The notes: generated by a model from the letters alone, not told the origin. A DNA stretch of 64,000 nucleotides from Candidatus Aenigmatarchaeota archaeon (GCA_043801595.1 JAZDLW010000021.1:12616-76615), one strand, 5' to 3'. Shown: positions 33,754 to 42,927, counted from the stretch's first letter. Translations and numbers: made by a program.

Positions 33754-34422
33754 ATGAAAACACTTGGAAGCGGCGTTTATGATACCATAAAACGAAAAGT
33801 GGACGATTCAAAATATGTAAGAATAATCACTCGTGCGGGTAGGTATCTAAAAGATGGATTTACTGAAATTGAAAATGGTGAAAAGGCATTTTCTACTGAG
33901 AATAGTATTATTCCGTTGACAAATGGAATCTATGAAGGGGACAGATTATTAAAATTAGCAAAGGCAGAAACCTACAAAGCAACGCAGGAATTGAAAAAAC
34001 ACACTCCGGGTACAAAAACGGACAAAGAAGCTAGATACCAGTTACTTCTATCAAAAGAGAAATCTCTTGCCGCTTTATTGGCTGATAAAGCAATTAAGCT
34101 TGCAGGATGGCATATCAAAAACGTCGAATCGAGCATCAAATCAGGGGACAATGATACAGATCAAAAGTATAAAAGAGATTGTTACGAGTGGGCCAATGCA
34201 TCGCTATCAAGTGCAAATGCTACCGTAAATTATTTTAAAGACCATGCAGAATCTTCGAATGACAAATCCATGAAAAATAATTTTGAGGAACAGAAAACAA
34301 AATTACGGTTTTTAAATAAAGAATTAAACCAGAGGTTTGCGAAGCTTCCACCAAAAAAACGCAGTCTACTCGATGATGTTACATCTCACAATTCTGGTGG
34401 TAGATGGGGCTTTGATCGCTAA
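33754..34422 (+). CDS. Hypothetical protein (AT-rich, Lys-rich, helical)
   Basis: 222-aa coherent ORF with a TATA-like box (taataaatacc) about 25 nt upstream. No motif recognised. Confidence 0.45.
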   Translation: MKTLGSGVYDTIKRKVDDSKYVRIITRAGRYLKDGFTEIENGEKAFSTENSIIPLTNGIYEGDRLLKLAKAETYKATQELKKHTPGTKTDKEARYQLLLSKEKSLAALLADKAIKLAGWHIKNVESSIKSGDNDTDQKYKRDCYEWANASLSSANATVNYFKDHAESSNDKSMKNNFEEQKTKLRFLNKELNQRFAKLPPKKRSLLDDVTSHNSGGRWGFDR

Positions 34423-34493
34423 TCTGCACTTTTAGTCGTCAAATTTGAGTTAAATAAAACGCTATCAAGATACGTTGATTCACTGATGCAATT

Positions 34494-35033
34494 TCACCCT
34501 GTACTCGTCCAACATTTGATAATACAGGTGCCTGTTCTGAGAATTGACAATAACAATTTCTCGGGAAAATACTTCATCCTTACATGGTTTAACAATAATC
34601 TTCCTGTTCTTCCGTTTCCGTCTACAAATGGATGGACAACTTCAAACCTGTTATGCAATTCCCATTCCGTGTGCTGCCTATACCCTTTTAAGAGGGCGAC
34701 CTCCATGTCTTCTTCCAGTCCGCCCATCAACGATTCAACAACATATCCGGGAGGGGGATGAACGTGCCGACCGATTCTGACATGATGTTTTCTATATTCT
34801 CCAGCCTCTTCTCCCTTGACATCTATAAGTCCGTTCATCAAAATTCGGTGCAATTCCCTGATTGATATTTTTTTGTTGTTTCTTGCATAATCGAAAGCGG
34901 CAAGGTGTTGGCTGACAAAGGGGCTTGCCGGATTGTCCTCGTCAACTCCCTCAATGAGATTCGACTCTAAACAGAATTCCAGTATATTTTCTTTTGTTGC
35001 GGAAACTATCCTGCTGAATGAATTGTAATCCAT
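34494..35033 (-). CDS. Fic domain protein (AMPylase family) with N-terminal inhibitory-helix motif
   Basis: Fic motif HPFVDGNGRTGR, and an S-x-x-x-E-G inhibitory motif at ESNLIEGV. The track start at 35054 is GTG; an ATG follows at 35033. Confidence 0.8.
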   Translation of the reverse strand: MDYNSFSRIVSATKENILEFCLESNLIEGVDEDNPASPFVSQHLAAFDYARNNKKISIRELHRILMNGLIDVKGEEAGEYRKHHVRIGRHVHPPPGYVVESLMGGLEEDMEVALLKGYRQHTEWELHNRFEVVHPFVDGNGRTGRLLLNHVRMKYFPEKLLLSILRTGTCIIKCWTSTG

Positions 35034-35156
35034 ATCTGTCACTGAATAAAACACAAATCACACATTTAAATGGTTGCATAACCGATGAACGCAAGAAATA
35101 ACACTAAGTTTCACTTTCCCTGATGAGCGGTTTCCCCATTTCATTGATACGAACCG

Positions 35157-35169
35157 TTTAATAATAAAA
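35157..35169 (+). promoter_or_regulatory. TATA-like box (TTTAATAATAAAA) about 24 nt upstream of the ribK ATG; suggests a leaderless transcript
   Basis: The same GTTTAATAA-type box at similar spacing precedes 37379, 24990 and (reverse strand) 5300. Confidence 0.4.
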
Positions 35170-35185
35170 ACCGCGATGATTCCAT

Positions 35186-35842
35186 ATGGAAAATTTACTT
35201 TACAGCCTTGTAAAGAAAGGCGCCCACGAAAAGTTTGTCAGCACGAATACAATCGAACTGGCTGCGGAATGCGGAATGTCGCAGCAAACCGCCTCGCGCA
35301 AGCTGATTGAATTTGAAAAAGAAGGCCTGATTGAAAGAAAAATCGACAGGCGCGGGCAATCCATAAGATTAACGCATAAAGCCCTGGCGGATTTGAAAAA
35401 CATTTACAAAAATCTGCGGCCTGTTTTCGGAAAAATACCGGAAAAGCTGGTGATAGAAGGAAAGGTTTTCTCCGGCCTGGGCGAGGGCAGCTTTTACGTA
35501 ACAACGCCGGGTTACAGAAAGCAATTTGTGCGCAAATTGGGCTTTGACCCGTATCCCGGAACGCTTAATGTCAAACTGGAAACGGAATGCGATATGGCTG
35601 CCAAGGCTGAACTGGAAACCATGCCTTCGGTTCAGATAGACGGTTTCAAGGACGAAAAGCGGACATACGGCAACGCGAACTGCTACAGAGCGACGATTGA
35701 CGGCGTTGAGGCTGCCATACTGATCATCGAACGCACGCACCATCCGGTTGACATAGTCGAAGTGATATCGCCGCATTTCCTGCGCAAGAAATTAAAATTA
35801 AAGGACGGCTCCGCTGTTAAAATACTACTTAAAAATGAGTAA
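35186..35842 (+). CDS. ribK: Bifunctional wHTH regulator / CTP-dependent archaeal riboflavin kinase (RbkR-like)
   Basis: N-terminal wHTH (GMSQQTASRKLIEFEKEGLIERK). The C-terminal part, EGKVFSGLGEGSFYV and GFDPYPGTLNVKLE, is collinear with MJ0056-type kinases. Confidence 0.85.
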   Translation: MENLLYSLVKKGAHEKFVSTNTIELAAECGMSQQTASRKLIEFEKEGLIERKIDRRGQSIRLTHKALADLKNIYKNLRPVFGKIPEKLVIEGKVFSGLGEGSFYVTTPGYRKQFVRKLGFDPYPGTLNVKLETECDMAAKAELETMPSVQIDGFKDEKRTYGNANCYRATIDGVEAAILIIERTHHPVDIVEVISPHFLRKKLKLKDGSAVKILLKNE

Positions 35843-35853
35843 CAAGCTATTTA

Positions 35854-36348
35854 TTGGTACCAGCGTATGAATTGTTCGTGGTCAGGTTCAAAATAGGCGT
35901 TGTGGATACGACGTTTGCGCGCGTTGACATGGGTTCTTTCGCAATCAACGAGTTGAAGAAATACGGCGATGTTATCGTTGTGCGCGTGACTGTTCCCGGG
36001 ATGAAAGACCTGGCTGTTGCGTGCAAGAAACTGCTGGATAACGGCTGTGATATCTGCCTTGCGATTGCGATGGTGGGCGGACATAAACTGGACGAAACGT
36101 GCGCACACGAGGCGAACATGGGAATCATGCAGGCGCAATTAATGACGAACAAACACATTCTTGGCGTTTTCGTGCACGAAATCGAAACGAACGACGAAAA
36201 AGACCTTTATAGCATCTGTGTTGACCGCGTTACCAAGCACGCGCGCAATGCGTATCTGCTTGTAGCGAAACCCGACGAATTGACGAAAAACGCCGGCATG
36301 GGAAAAAGACAGGGACGCGATGACGCAGGACCTTTGGTGGTTAAATGA
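35854..36348 (+). CDS. ribC: Riboflavin synthase, archaeal type
   Basis: KIGVVDTTFARVDMG, VPGMKDLAVACKKLL, CAHEANMGIMQAQLMTNKHI and GKRQGRDDAGP. Start uncertain: TTG 35854, TTG 35872 or GTG 35878. Confidence 0.9.
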   Translation: MVPAYELFVVRFKIGVVDTTFARVDMGSFAINELKKYGDVIVVRVTVPGMKDLAVACKKLLDNGCDICLAIAMVGGHKLDETCAHEANMGIMQAQLMTNKHILGVFVHEIETNDEKDLYSICVDRVTKHARNAYLLVAKPDELTKNAGMGKRQGRDDAGPLVVK

Positions 36349-36755
36349 ACATAGGAATTGTGACAAGCGAGTTTAACCCGGAAATAACTTCTGTAATGGA
36401 AAAACAGGCGCTGGCGAAAGCGAAAGAATTCGGCGTTAATGTTGTCAAATCTTTGAAAGTTCCGGGCTCTTTCGATATGCCTATAATGGTAAAAAAACTT
36501 CTTGAGAGAAACGATATAGACGCGGTTGTCACTTTGGGCGCGATAATAAAAGGCGGCACAAAGCACGACGAGGTAATCGGTTATGCTGTTGCGAAAAAAC
36601 TCGCGGACCTTAGCGTAGAATTTGGAAAGCCGGTCGCACTAGGCATTATCGGGCCGGGCGCGACCTGGCGCCAGGCAGAGGAACGCGCCAAAGATTACGC
36701 AGAACGCGCACTCGGCGCTGCGATTAAGCTGTGTGAAGAATTGAACAGGCTGTGA
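36345..36755 (+). CDS. ribH: 6,7-dimethyl-8-ribityllumazine synthase
   Basis: IGIVTSEFNPEIT, VPGSFDMP, VVTLGAIIKGGTKHDEV and FGKPVALGIIGPG. Confidence 0.9.
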   Translation: MNIGIVTSEFNPEITSVMEKQALAKAKEFGVNVVKSLKVPGSFDMPIMVKKLLERNDIDAVVTLGAIIKGGTKHDEVIGYAVAKKLADLSVEFGKPVALGIIGPGATWRQAEERAKDYAERALGAAIKLCEELNRL

Positions 36756-36761
36756 TAGAAG

Positions 36762-37328
36762 ATGGCCGAGTTGATTTCTAAAGCCAGACTCCCGACAATA
36801 TACGGAGAGTTCACAATATTCGCGTTCAAGGACAACGACAATGAACACGTGGTCCTGCTAAACGAGAAGGGGAAACGTGAAAAAACAGCTGTTCGAATAC
36901 ACTCGAAATGCCTTACAGGCGACGTTTTCAAGTCGCTGCGCTGCGACTGCGGTGAGCAGTTGAATGAGTCGCTAAAGCGCATAGGAAAAAACGGAGGGGT
37001 CTTGATTTACCTTGACCAGGAAGGGCGTGGAATCGGACTAACGAACAAAATAAAAGCGTATGCGCTGCAGGACACGGGGCTTGACACATACGAGGCCAAC
37101 GAGTTTCTCGGGTTCGGCGATGACGAGCGTGATTATGGCATAGTTCTGGAAATACTGAAATCGCTAGGTATAAACGACATAAGACTGTTTACAAACAACC
37201 CGGCGAAAATAAAATTTTTGGAACGCAACGGCGTCAGGGTGGAGCGTGTCCCGTTGATTATGAAACCGAACAAACACAACTCGGCTTATCTGAAAGCGAA
37301 ACGGATCAAATCCAGCCACTTATTTTAA
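36762..37328 (+). CDS. ribA: GTP cyclohydrolase II
   Basis: RIHSKCLTGDVFKSLRCDCGEQL, YLDQEGRGIGLTNKIKAY and LFTNNPAKI. Confidence 0.9.
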   Translation: MAELISKARLPTIYGEFTIFAFKDNDNEHVVLLNEKGKREKTAVRIHSKCLTGDVFKSLRCDCGEQLNESLKRIGKNGGVLIYLDQEGRGIGLTNKIKAYALQDTGLDTYEANEFLGFGDDERDYGIVLEILKSLGINDIRLFTNNPAKIKFLERNGVRVERVPLIMKPNKHNSAYLKAKRIKSSHLF

Positions 37329-37378
37329 AAATTTCCGGAACGCAAAGGTTTAATAAGTTGACCTGAGATACTGGTTTC

Positions 37379-37720
37379 ATGTCATACATTGATATGGAAA
37401 AATTGCAGTACACAGTAAGGCACGAGAACAAATTACTCATACCGTTTATTATGGAAAACAATTCTACCGGAAAAACGCTAAGCCTGTTCTATGCTGATAG
37501 CGAAGCTTTGGAGAGGATGACAACGCCGGAACAGGACGGAAAATGCTATGTGTGGAGATTTGCCAGATCGCACAAAAAGGTCGAGAAGAAAGGGGCGACC
37601 TCGGGAAATGTAATGGAAGTGGTAAGCATATCTCCAGACTGCGAATACAAATCGCTGCTGGTAAAAGTGATACCGTCGGGTCCGGCGTGCCACACAGGAA
37701 AGGAAAGCTGCTACGACTAG
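37379..37720 (+). CDS. Phosphoribosyl-AMP cyclohydrolase (HisI)-like protein
   Basis: LIPFIMEN..TGKTLSLFYADSEALERM, KKGATSGNVMEVVSISPDCEYKSLLVKV and GPACHTGKESCY. The usual DCDxD metal motif reads DCEYK. Confidence 0.65.
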   Translation: MSYIDMEKLQYTVRHENKLLIPFIMENNSTGKTLSLFYADSEALERMTTPEQDGKCYVWRFARSHKKVEKKGATSGNVMEVVSISPDCEYKSLLVKVIPSGPACHTGKESCYD

Positions 37721-37888
37721 GATGGCACAAAAGGTCTCTTGTTTAGTTATTGCCATCTGTGCTATTCGCGCAAACAATTCCGTATATTACGTGCACATCC
37801 GCCTTAACGGACATGTTGTTTATATCTCCGACTACCCGAAAAAATGACTTATAAATCAAAATAATCAAATAAAAATTCGTTGAAATAA

Positions 37889-38851
37889 ATGGACATTTTT
37901 TATCCGTTGCAGATGTTCGCGGACTGGCTGGTTTATTCCCTGCTAAAAATATCGAAAGAAACGGTTTTTGGAGGATCCCTTAACTACTTTGTATATGACA
38001 GCGTAAAAATTTACATCCTGCTTTGCTCGATCATCTATCTCTTTGCCGTGATCAGGACATTCCTGCCGCCCGAGAGGGTCAGGAAAATACTCTCGGGAAG
38101 ATTCGAATTCGGCGGCAATATCACAGCCTCATTCATAGGAATATTCACGCCATTCTGCTCGTGCTCGGCGGTCCCCCTGTTTATCGGTTTTGTCGAATCC
38201 GGAGTCCCGTTGGGAGTAACTTTTTCGTATCTTATCGCAGCTCCGATGATAAATGAGGTTGCGGCGGTTTTGCTGCTGGGTATGTTTGGGTGGAAAGTCG
38301 CATTGATCTACATCGCATCCGGCTTCACGATTTCGGTTTTTGCGGGTTATGCATTGGGAAAAATGAATCTCAAGAAATATGTCGAGGGTTATGTCTGGAA
38401 AACCAGGGCGAAGAGGATTAGAAGCACGGATGTAACCTGGACAGAAAGATCGGAACGATCCTATGACGAAACAAAGGGTATTGTAAAAAGAGTGTTTCCA
38501 TTCGTGTTATTGGGCGTTGGGATCGGTTCCTTAATACACGGATACGCTCCGGAAAACCTTTTGGCAAGCATTGCAGGAAAGAACAATTTATTCGCAGTGC
38601 CGATAGCGGTTTTAATCGGCGTTCCCCTTTATTCGAATGCGGCCGGAATGATCCCGATAGTCAGCTCGCTGTTTGAAAAAGGCGTTCCGTTGGGAACCGC
38701 CCTTGCATTCATGATGGCAACAACTGCGCTATCAATACCCGAAGCCGTAATTTTAAGAAAAGTATTGAAACCCAGACTTTTGGCAACCTATTTTGCGATT
38801 GTAACACTGGGGATAATATTTACAGGATATTTGTTTAATTTGATAATTTAG
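37889..38851 (+). CDS. Predicted permease (UPF0718/ArsP-like)
   Basis: FTPFCSCSAVPLFIGF and LIAAPMINEVA, with 8-9 TM segments. Confidence 0.7.
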   Translation: MDIFYPLQMFADWLVYSLLKISKETVFGGSLNYFVYDSVKIYILLCSIIYLFAVIRTFLPPERVRKILSGRFEFGGNITASFIGIFTPFCSCSAVPLFIGFVESGVPLGVTFSYLIAAPMINEVAAVLLLGMFGWKVALIYIASGFTISVFAGYALGKMNLKKYVEGYVWKTRAKRIRSTDVTWTERSERSYDETKGIVKRVFPFVLLGVGIGSLIHGYAPENLLASIAGKNNLFAVPIAVLIGVPLYSNAAGMIPIVSSLFEKGVPLGTALAFMMATTALSIPEAVILRKVLKPRLLATYFAIVTLGIIFTGYLFNLII

Positions 38852-38916
38852 ACGTTCGTGATGGTGTTATCAAGAATAAAAGTCATTTTTCAACCCGGTT
38901 TCCCGATTCAAATTTT

Positions 38917-39386
38917 TTACAACCTACCCAGGTACACGACTCTCGCGTTTTTCATTGCTTCGAAGTTTGATTTGTCCCTTCCCTTTAACGTATAGATGAC
39001 AACCTCGTCATATTCTGTGCAATGTTTTCGAACAACATCATCGCCGTTGAGATTGGTTAATATTCCTTCCTCATCCGAGATGCAACCTAAAAAACCGGCT
39101 ATGCGCGGAGTTTTTCTTTTAAACTCAGATTGCATTTCCGTTTGCAGACGATGCCCTATTTCCAGCGCGTCCTGTTCTTTTTCAATATTGTCTATCACCC
39201 TTACGCCGTTTTCGTAATGAAACCGGATTCCGACAGAGTTTAACCTTTTGCCGTATTCTGTTCCGAAACCAGAATTACACACACATCCGCTTTCTTTGAC
39301 ATGGTGTTTATTTCTTCGTATACTTGCGGATGGCCGTAAAGGTCGCCTGACAGCTTGACAAGAATGTTTTTGTTATTGCCGATCAT
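38917..39386 (-). pseudogene. Amino-acid-kinase-family gene interrupted by a frameshift at a (TG)4 tract
   Basis: The upstream frame reads NILVKLSGDL...KADVCVILVSEQ and stops. The downstream frame continues SGFGTEYGKRLNSVGIRFHYENGVRV...IAGFLGCISDEEGILTNLNGDD. The switch is at atgtgtgtgta (plus-strand 39277-39286). Confidence 0.55.
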
Positions 39387-39436
39387 GCATAAACTAGCAA
39401 ATTCAAACTTTAATCTCTTTCTGTCCAATTCCGTCT

Positions 39437-40006
39437 ATGGCCAGAAAGCTGACTGTCTTACGAATAAACCGGGATTATGATACGGATCTGCTTAAAGAAC
39501 TGGCGCTCGCAGCCATAGAACCGTTCAACGGGCTGTTTGAATTTTCTGGTGTCGAACACGATGTGATGATGCTGGAATGCGAAAAACTGCCGGAAGAAAC
39601 GCCTGTAGTGGACTGGCAACTGGATATCATCCGCACAATATACATTGAAAGCGAACGCGACGGATTCATTGTTGCAATAATGCCTCATCCGATGCCGTAT
39701 TACGGGGTCATCGATCTGCCAGAGGCTGCCAAGAACAGGACAGTGTTCTTATCAACCCACGTGCCTTACATGGATCCGCGCAACAGCGCAGATTTTTTGC
39801 ACTACGGAAGCAGGGTTGCGGCGCACGGACTTGGTCATTTGATACTGGACTCAAAAGGTTCGTACCATCATGATAAACCAATCAAGACGAAAAACGGTGC
39901 ATATTGCCTGATGAGTATGGAAGACTATGGAATAAACATAAAACCATTCCTCGATAAACTCGGAATGGAATTTTGCAAAAGCTGCAGCGGGCAAATGAGA
40001 AAATAA
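39437..40006 (+). CDS. Archaemetzincin-like protein with degenerate HGxxH motif
   Basis: VAAHGLGHLILD...YCLMS and CKSC resemble the HExxHxxGxxHC...CxM layout, but the catalytic Glu position holds Gly. Confidence 0.3.
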   Translation: MARKLTVLRINRDYDTDLLKELALAAIEPFNGLFEFSGVEHDVMMLECEKLPEETPVVDWQLDIIRTIYIESERDGFIVAIMPHPMPYYGVIDLPEAAKNRTVFLSTHVPYMDPRNSADFLHYGSRVAAHGLGHLILDSKGSYHHDKPIKTKNGAYCLMSMEDYGINIKPFLDKLGMEFCKSCSGQMRK

Positions 40007-40014
40007 TCAGCTGT

Positions 40015-40950
40015 CTATCTTCTCCGCGCGCTCATGATTGATAAAACCACGCTTTTTCCCACTGCGGAATTTTTTGTATTAAGCTGGGGATTGCCAGCCG
40101 CAACCAGATAGAACTGATAATCGGTCAATTCCTCGGGCATTTCTAAAAACTCCATCCGTTCTATTGCAAATATACCGCCGTACATTCTTTCGAAATCCGA
40201 CCTAAGGCCTTTCTCCATGCCCGGCTGCCTTACAAAACGCAGCGCTTCGACATAATGCCCGTTGCGAGGCAGCAACTGGCTTGCGATCTCCGCGATCTCG
40301 TACAATGAAGCGACTCCGATATCGTGAATGCCGCGTTCTGAATAATAAATTTCGCCTGCCATATGACAGGATCCGCCCGGGAGCATGAACGATATACAAT
40401 CCGGACGACCTATTTCCTTGATGTGGCGCCTTGTCAATTCAAGCGAGCGCTGCTTTTTTGCTGTTCGGACATCGTCCTGCAGAAGATTGAATTTGCCGCG
40501 TTCCAGCAATTTCCATGAATCGTTGTCTATCGGCGTTACGACCGCGCCCTTTCCTTCGACCCATTTGACAATCGACGACGCGTAGGAATTGACGGGTTTG
40601 TTCATGGACAACAGGTATTGCTCCGCTTTTGCGAGCGAATAATGGTTTATATCAATGCCGAGCGAATTGTCGAAATTAACCTCTGCCAAAAGTTCGCCGG
40701 ATCCGCAACAGACATCCAGATAACATTCTGTTGGTTTGATGAACTCGGCGACGCGCTTGTACACCCCAGCCGCTCTAAGATGCACAGCATTCCTGTTCCA
40801 GTCATCGGCGTATGCACGCATATTGTCGCTTATTTCGGCTATGGCACCGTGCATCGTGCTTTTGTCGAAATGCGTTACATGAAAAGAGTCTTTTGACAGC
40901 TTGTTCGCACGCGCTAACCAGCGTTTTTCGTACTCGGCCAAATCGATCAT
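40015..40950 (-). CDS. Class I SAM-dependent methyltransferase
   Basis: Motif I is YLDVCCGSGELLAEV, followed by SLGIDIN. Confidence 0.6.
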   Translation of the reverse strand: MIDLAEYEKRWLARANKLSKDSFHVTHFDKSTMHGAIAEISDNMRAYADDWNRNAVHLRAAGVYKRVAEFIKPTECYLDVCCGSGELLAEVNFDNSLGIDINHYSLAKAEQYLLSMNKPVNSYASSIVKWVEGKGAVVTPIDNDSWKLLERGKFNLLQDDVRTAKKQRSLELTRRHIKEIGRPDCISFMLPGGSCHMAGEIYYSERGIHDIGVASLYEIAEIASQLLPRNGHYVEALRFVRQPGMEKGLRSDFERMYGGIFAIERMEFLEMPEELTDYQFYLVAAGNPQLNTKNSAVGKSVVLSIMSARRR

Positions 40951-41010
40951 AGTGCGGTTGTATAAGTTAAATTATTTAAGCGTGTCCGAACGTATGAATA
41001 AAGTTGTTTT

Positions 41011-41457
41011 ATGATATCAGGCGCGTCCGAGAAGCACATACAGCAGATAAAAATTCTGACAGATTACTGGGCGAAGAAGGGCGAGATACTGCCGAGGAGC
41101 GAAGACACCATAAGATCAGGAATAAACGACTTCATTGTTTTGCAAAAAGACGGCAATGTTGTTGCAACAGTCTCGATAATCGAATATACGCAGCAACTCG
41201 CGGAATTAAGAAGTTTATGCGTGCATCCTGACCAACATGGGAAAGATTTCGGCAGCAGGATCGTTTTCGCAGCCGAGAACGAGGCGAGGGTTAGAAACGT
41301 AAAGATAGTTTTTGTTTTGACGAGAAAACCCGGATTTTTCGCGAAACTCGGTTTTAAGCGCGGAATTGTCCGCACGGAAAAGATCTACAAAGACTGCGTC
41401 GACTGTCCTTTATATAAAAACGGCTGCGATGAAGTTTACATGGAAAAGAAACTTTAA
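41011..41457 (+). CDS. GNAT family N-acetyltransferase
   Basis: AELRSLCVHPDQHGKDFGSRIV is an acetyl-CoA-binding motif A-like sequence. 148 aa. Confidence 0.7.
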   Translation: MISGASEKHIQQIKILTDYWAKKGEILPRSEDTIRSGINDFIVLQKDGNVVATVSIIEYTQQLAELRSLCVHPDQHGKDFGSRIVFAAENEARVRNVKIVFVLTRKPGFFAKLGFKRGIVRTEKIYKDCVDCPLYKNGCDEVYMEKKL

Positions 41458-42548
41458 TCCGCGCCTATAAACTTCTCAAGCATTTCACGGGCGACGTCAT
41501 CCGAAAACTGCTCGGCAGGATGCTTGCAGAAATACGCCGACGCTCCGACTAACGGGCCTGCGATTTTCCTGTCCAGCGCGATTTTGCAGCAGCGGATGGC
41601 ATCAATAACAACGCCCGCAGAGTTTGGCGAGTCTTCGACCGATAAACGAAGCTCAAGATTAAGCGGAACATCGCCGAAGTTGCGTCCTTCCATTCTGATA
41701 AACGCTATTTTATTGTCATTCAGCCATGGAACGTAATCGCTCGGGCCTATGTGGATGTTATCATCTTCGAGGCGCTTCGGAATGTTCGATTGAACCGCTT
41801 CTGTCTTTGAAATCTTCTTGCTTTTTAACCTGACCCGATCGAGCATGTTTTTAAAATCGGTATTTCCGCCCACATTGAGCTGGTACATACGATCGATCTT
41901 TACGCCGCGATCCGCGAAAAGCTTTGCCAATACACGATTGATTATTGTTGCTCCGATCTGGCTTTTTACGTCGTCTCCGATAATAGGAAGATTTTTCTGC
42001 CTGAATTTGTCCGCCCATTTTTTATCGGACGAGATGAACACGGGCATGCAGTTGACAAAGGCGCAGCCCGCATCGAGCGCGGATTGCGCGTAGAACTTTA
42101 CCGCGTTTTCCGAACCCACGGGCATGTAATTTACCAGGATTTCCGCACCTGTCTTTTTTAAGATGCCTGTGACGTCGACCTCCTTCTCTTCCGCAACGAC
42201 AAATGAATTTCTTTCGCCGCCATTCATATGCTCGGCTACGCCGTCCAGCACCGGGCCTTTCATCACGGTTACGCCCATCTTCGGGACTTCGGAGAATTTC
42301 TTGGTGCAATTCGGTTCTGCGAATATCGCTTCGGAAACGTCCTTTCCGACCTTGCGTTCATCGATATCGAACGCTGCCACAAGCCCGATGTCGGATATCT
42401 TATACCCGCCCAGCACATTGTGCATTAAACCGGGCACAACCTCGTCGTTTGCGTTTACGTTGCGATAGTAATGCAACCCCTGTACAAGCGAGGACGCACA
42501 ATTACCGAGACCGGCTATTGCGATGCGTATTTTTCCCATGTTTACCAT
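41454..42548 (-). CDS. ino1: myo-inositol-1-phosphate synthase
   Basis: IRIAIAGLGNCASSLVQG, VPGLMH, YMPVGSENAVKFYAQSALDAGCAFVNCMPVFI, GDDVKSQIGATI and QLNVGGNTDF. The track N-terminal extension to 42725 is rejected. Confidence 0.9.
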   Translation of the reverse strand: MVNMGKIRIAIAGLGNCASSLVQGLHYYRNVNANDEVVPGLMHNVLGGYKISDIGLVAAFDIDERKVGKDVSEAIFAEPNCTKKFSEVPKMGVTVMKGPVLDGVAEHMNGGERNSFVVAEEKEVDVTGILKKTGAEILVNYMPVGSENAVKFYAQSALDAGCAFVNCMPVFISSDKKWADKFRQKNLPIIGDDVKSQIGATIINRVLAKLFADRGVKIDRMYQLNVGGNTDFKNMLDRVRLKSKKISKTEAVQSNIPKRLEDDNIHIGPSDYVPWLNDNKIAFIRMEGRNFGDVPLNLELRLSVEDSPNSAGVVIDAIRCCKIALDRKIAGPLVGASAYFCKHPAEQFSDDVAREMLEKFIGAD

Positions 42549-42597
42549 TGATAAATTGTATGTCACGTATTTAACTATTTTACGGCTGTATAATAGT

Positions 42598-42897
42598 ATG
42601 GTAAAACCGTCGGAAAGGCTGGAAAGATCGCTGACTGTGGACAATCTGTGGCAGTACATTTTACGGTCATTAAGAAAGCCGAAATACGCGTATGAGTTGG
42701 CGAAAGGGATAAAAAACGCGAACATGGTAACGGTTTACGCTGTCCTATACAAGCTTGAGATCGGAGGTTATGTGAAAAGGGCGTTTTCCGGAAAAGGCGG
42801 CGGCCCGACGAGAAAATATTATGTTGCAACGAAAAAAGGGCTGGAAGAATTAAGGAAAGGCAAGGCTATAATAAAAAACCACCTGAAAAGGCTCTGA
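42598..42897 (+). CDS. PadR family transcriptional regulator
   Basis: NLWQYILRSLRKPKYAYEL, VYAVLYKLEIGGYVKR and RKYYVATKKG. Divergent from ino1 across a 49-bp spacer. Confidence 0.75.
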   Translation: MVKPSERLERSLTVDNLWQYILRSLRKPKYAYELAKGIKNANMVTVYAVLYKLEIGGYVKRAFSGKGGGPTRKYYVATKKGLEELRKGKAIIKNHLKRL

Positions 42898-42927
42898 TAC
42901 AAACCGTTTGCGATTGTTCCGGAAATT

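Noticed and set aside
35040-35070. Possible att-type repeat of the tRNA-Pro 3' end bounding the AT-rich patch.
   Set aside because: Only an 8-nt match (caaatcac) was found, which is within chance expectation for AT-rich DNA.
41454-42725. N-terminal extensions implied by the track starts: ino1 to 42725, the LAGLIDADG-HTH gene to 44653, rpl13 to 45429, rpoL from 50690, the pilin from 3021, and the PadR gene from 42523.
   Set aside because: The extensions overlap neighbouring well-supported genes or promoters and lack similarity to the family N-termini. Internal ATG starts give canonical N-termini.
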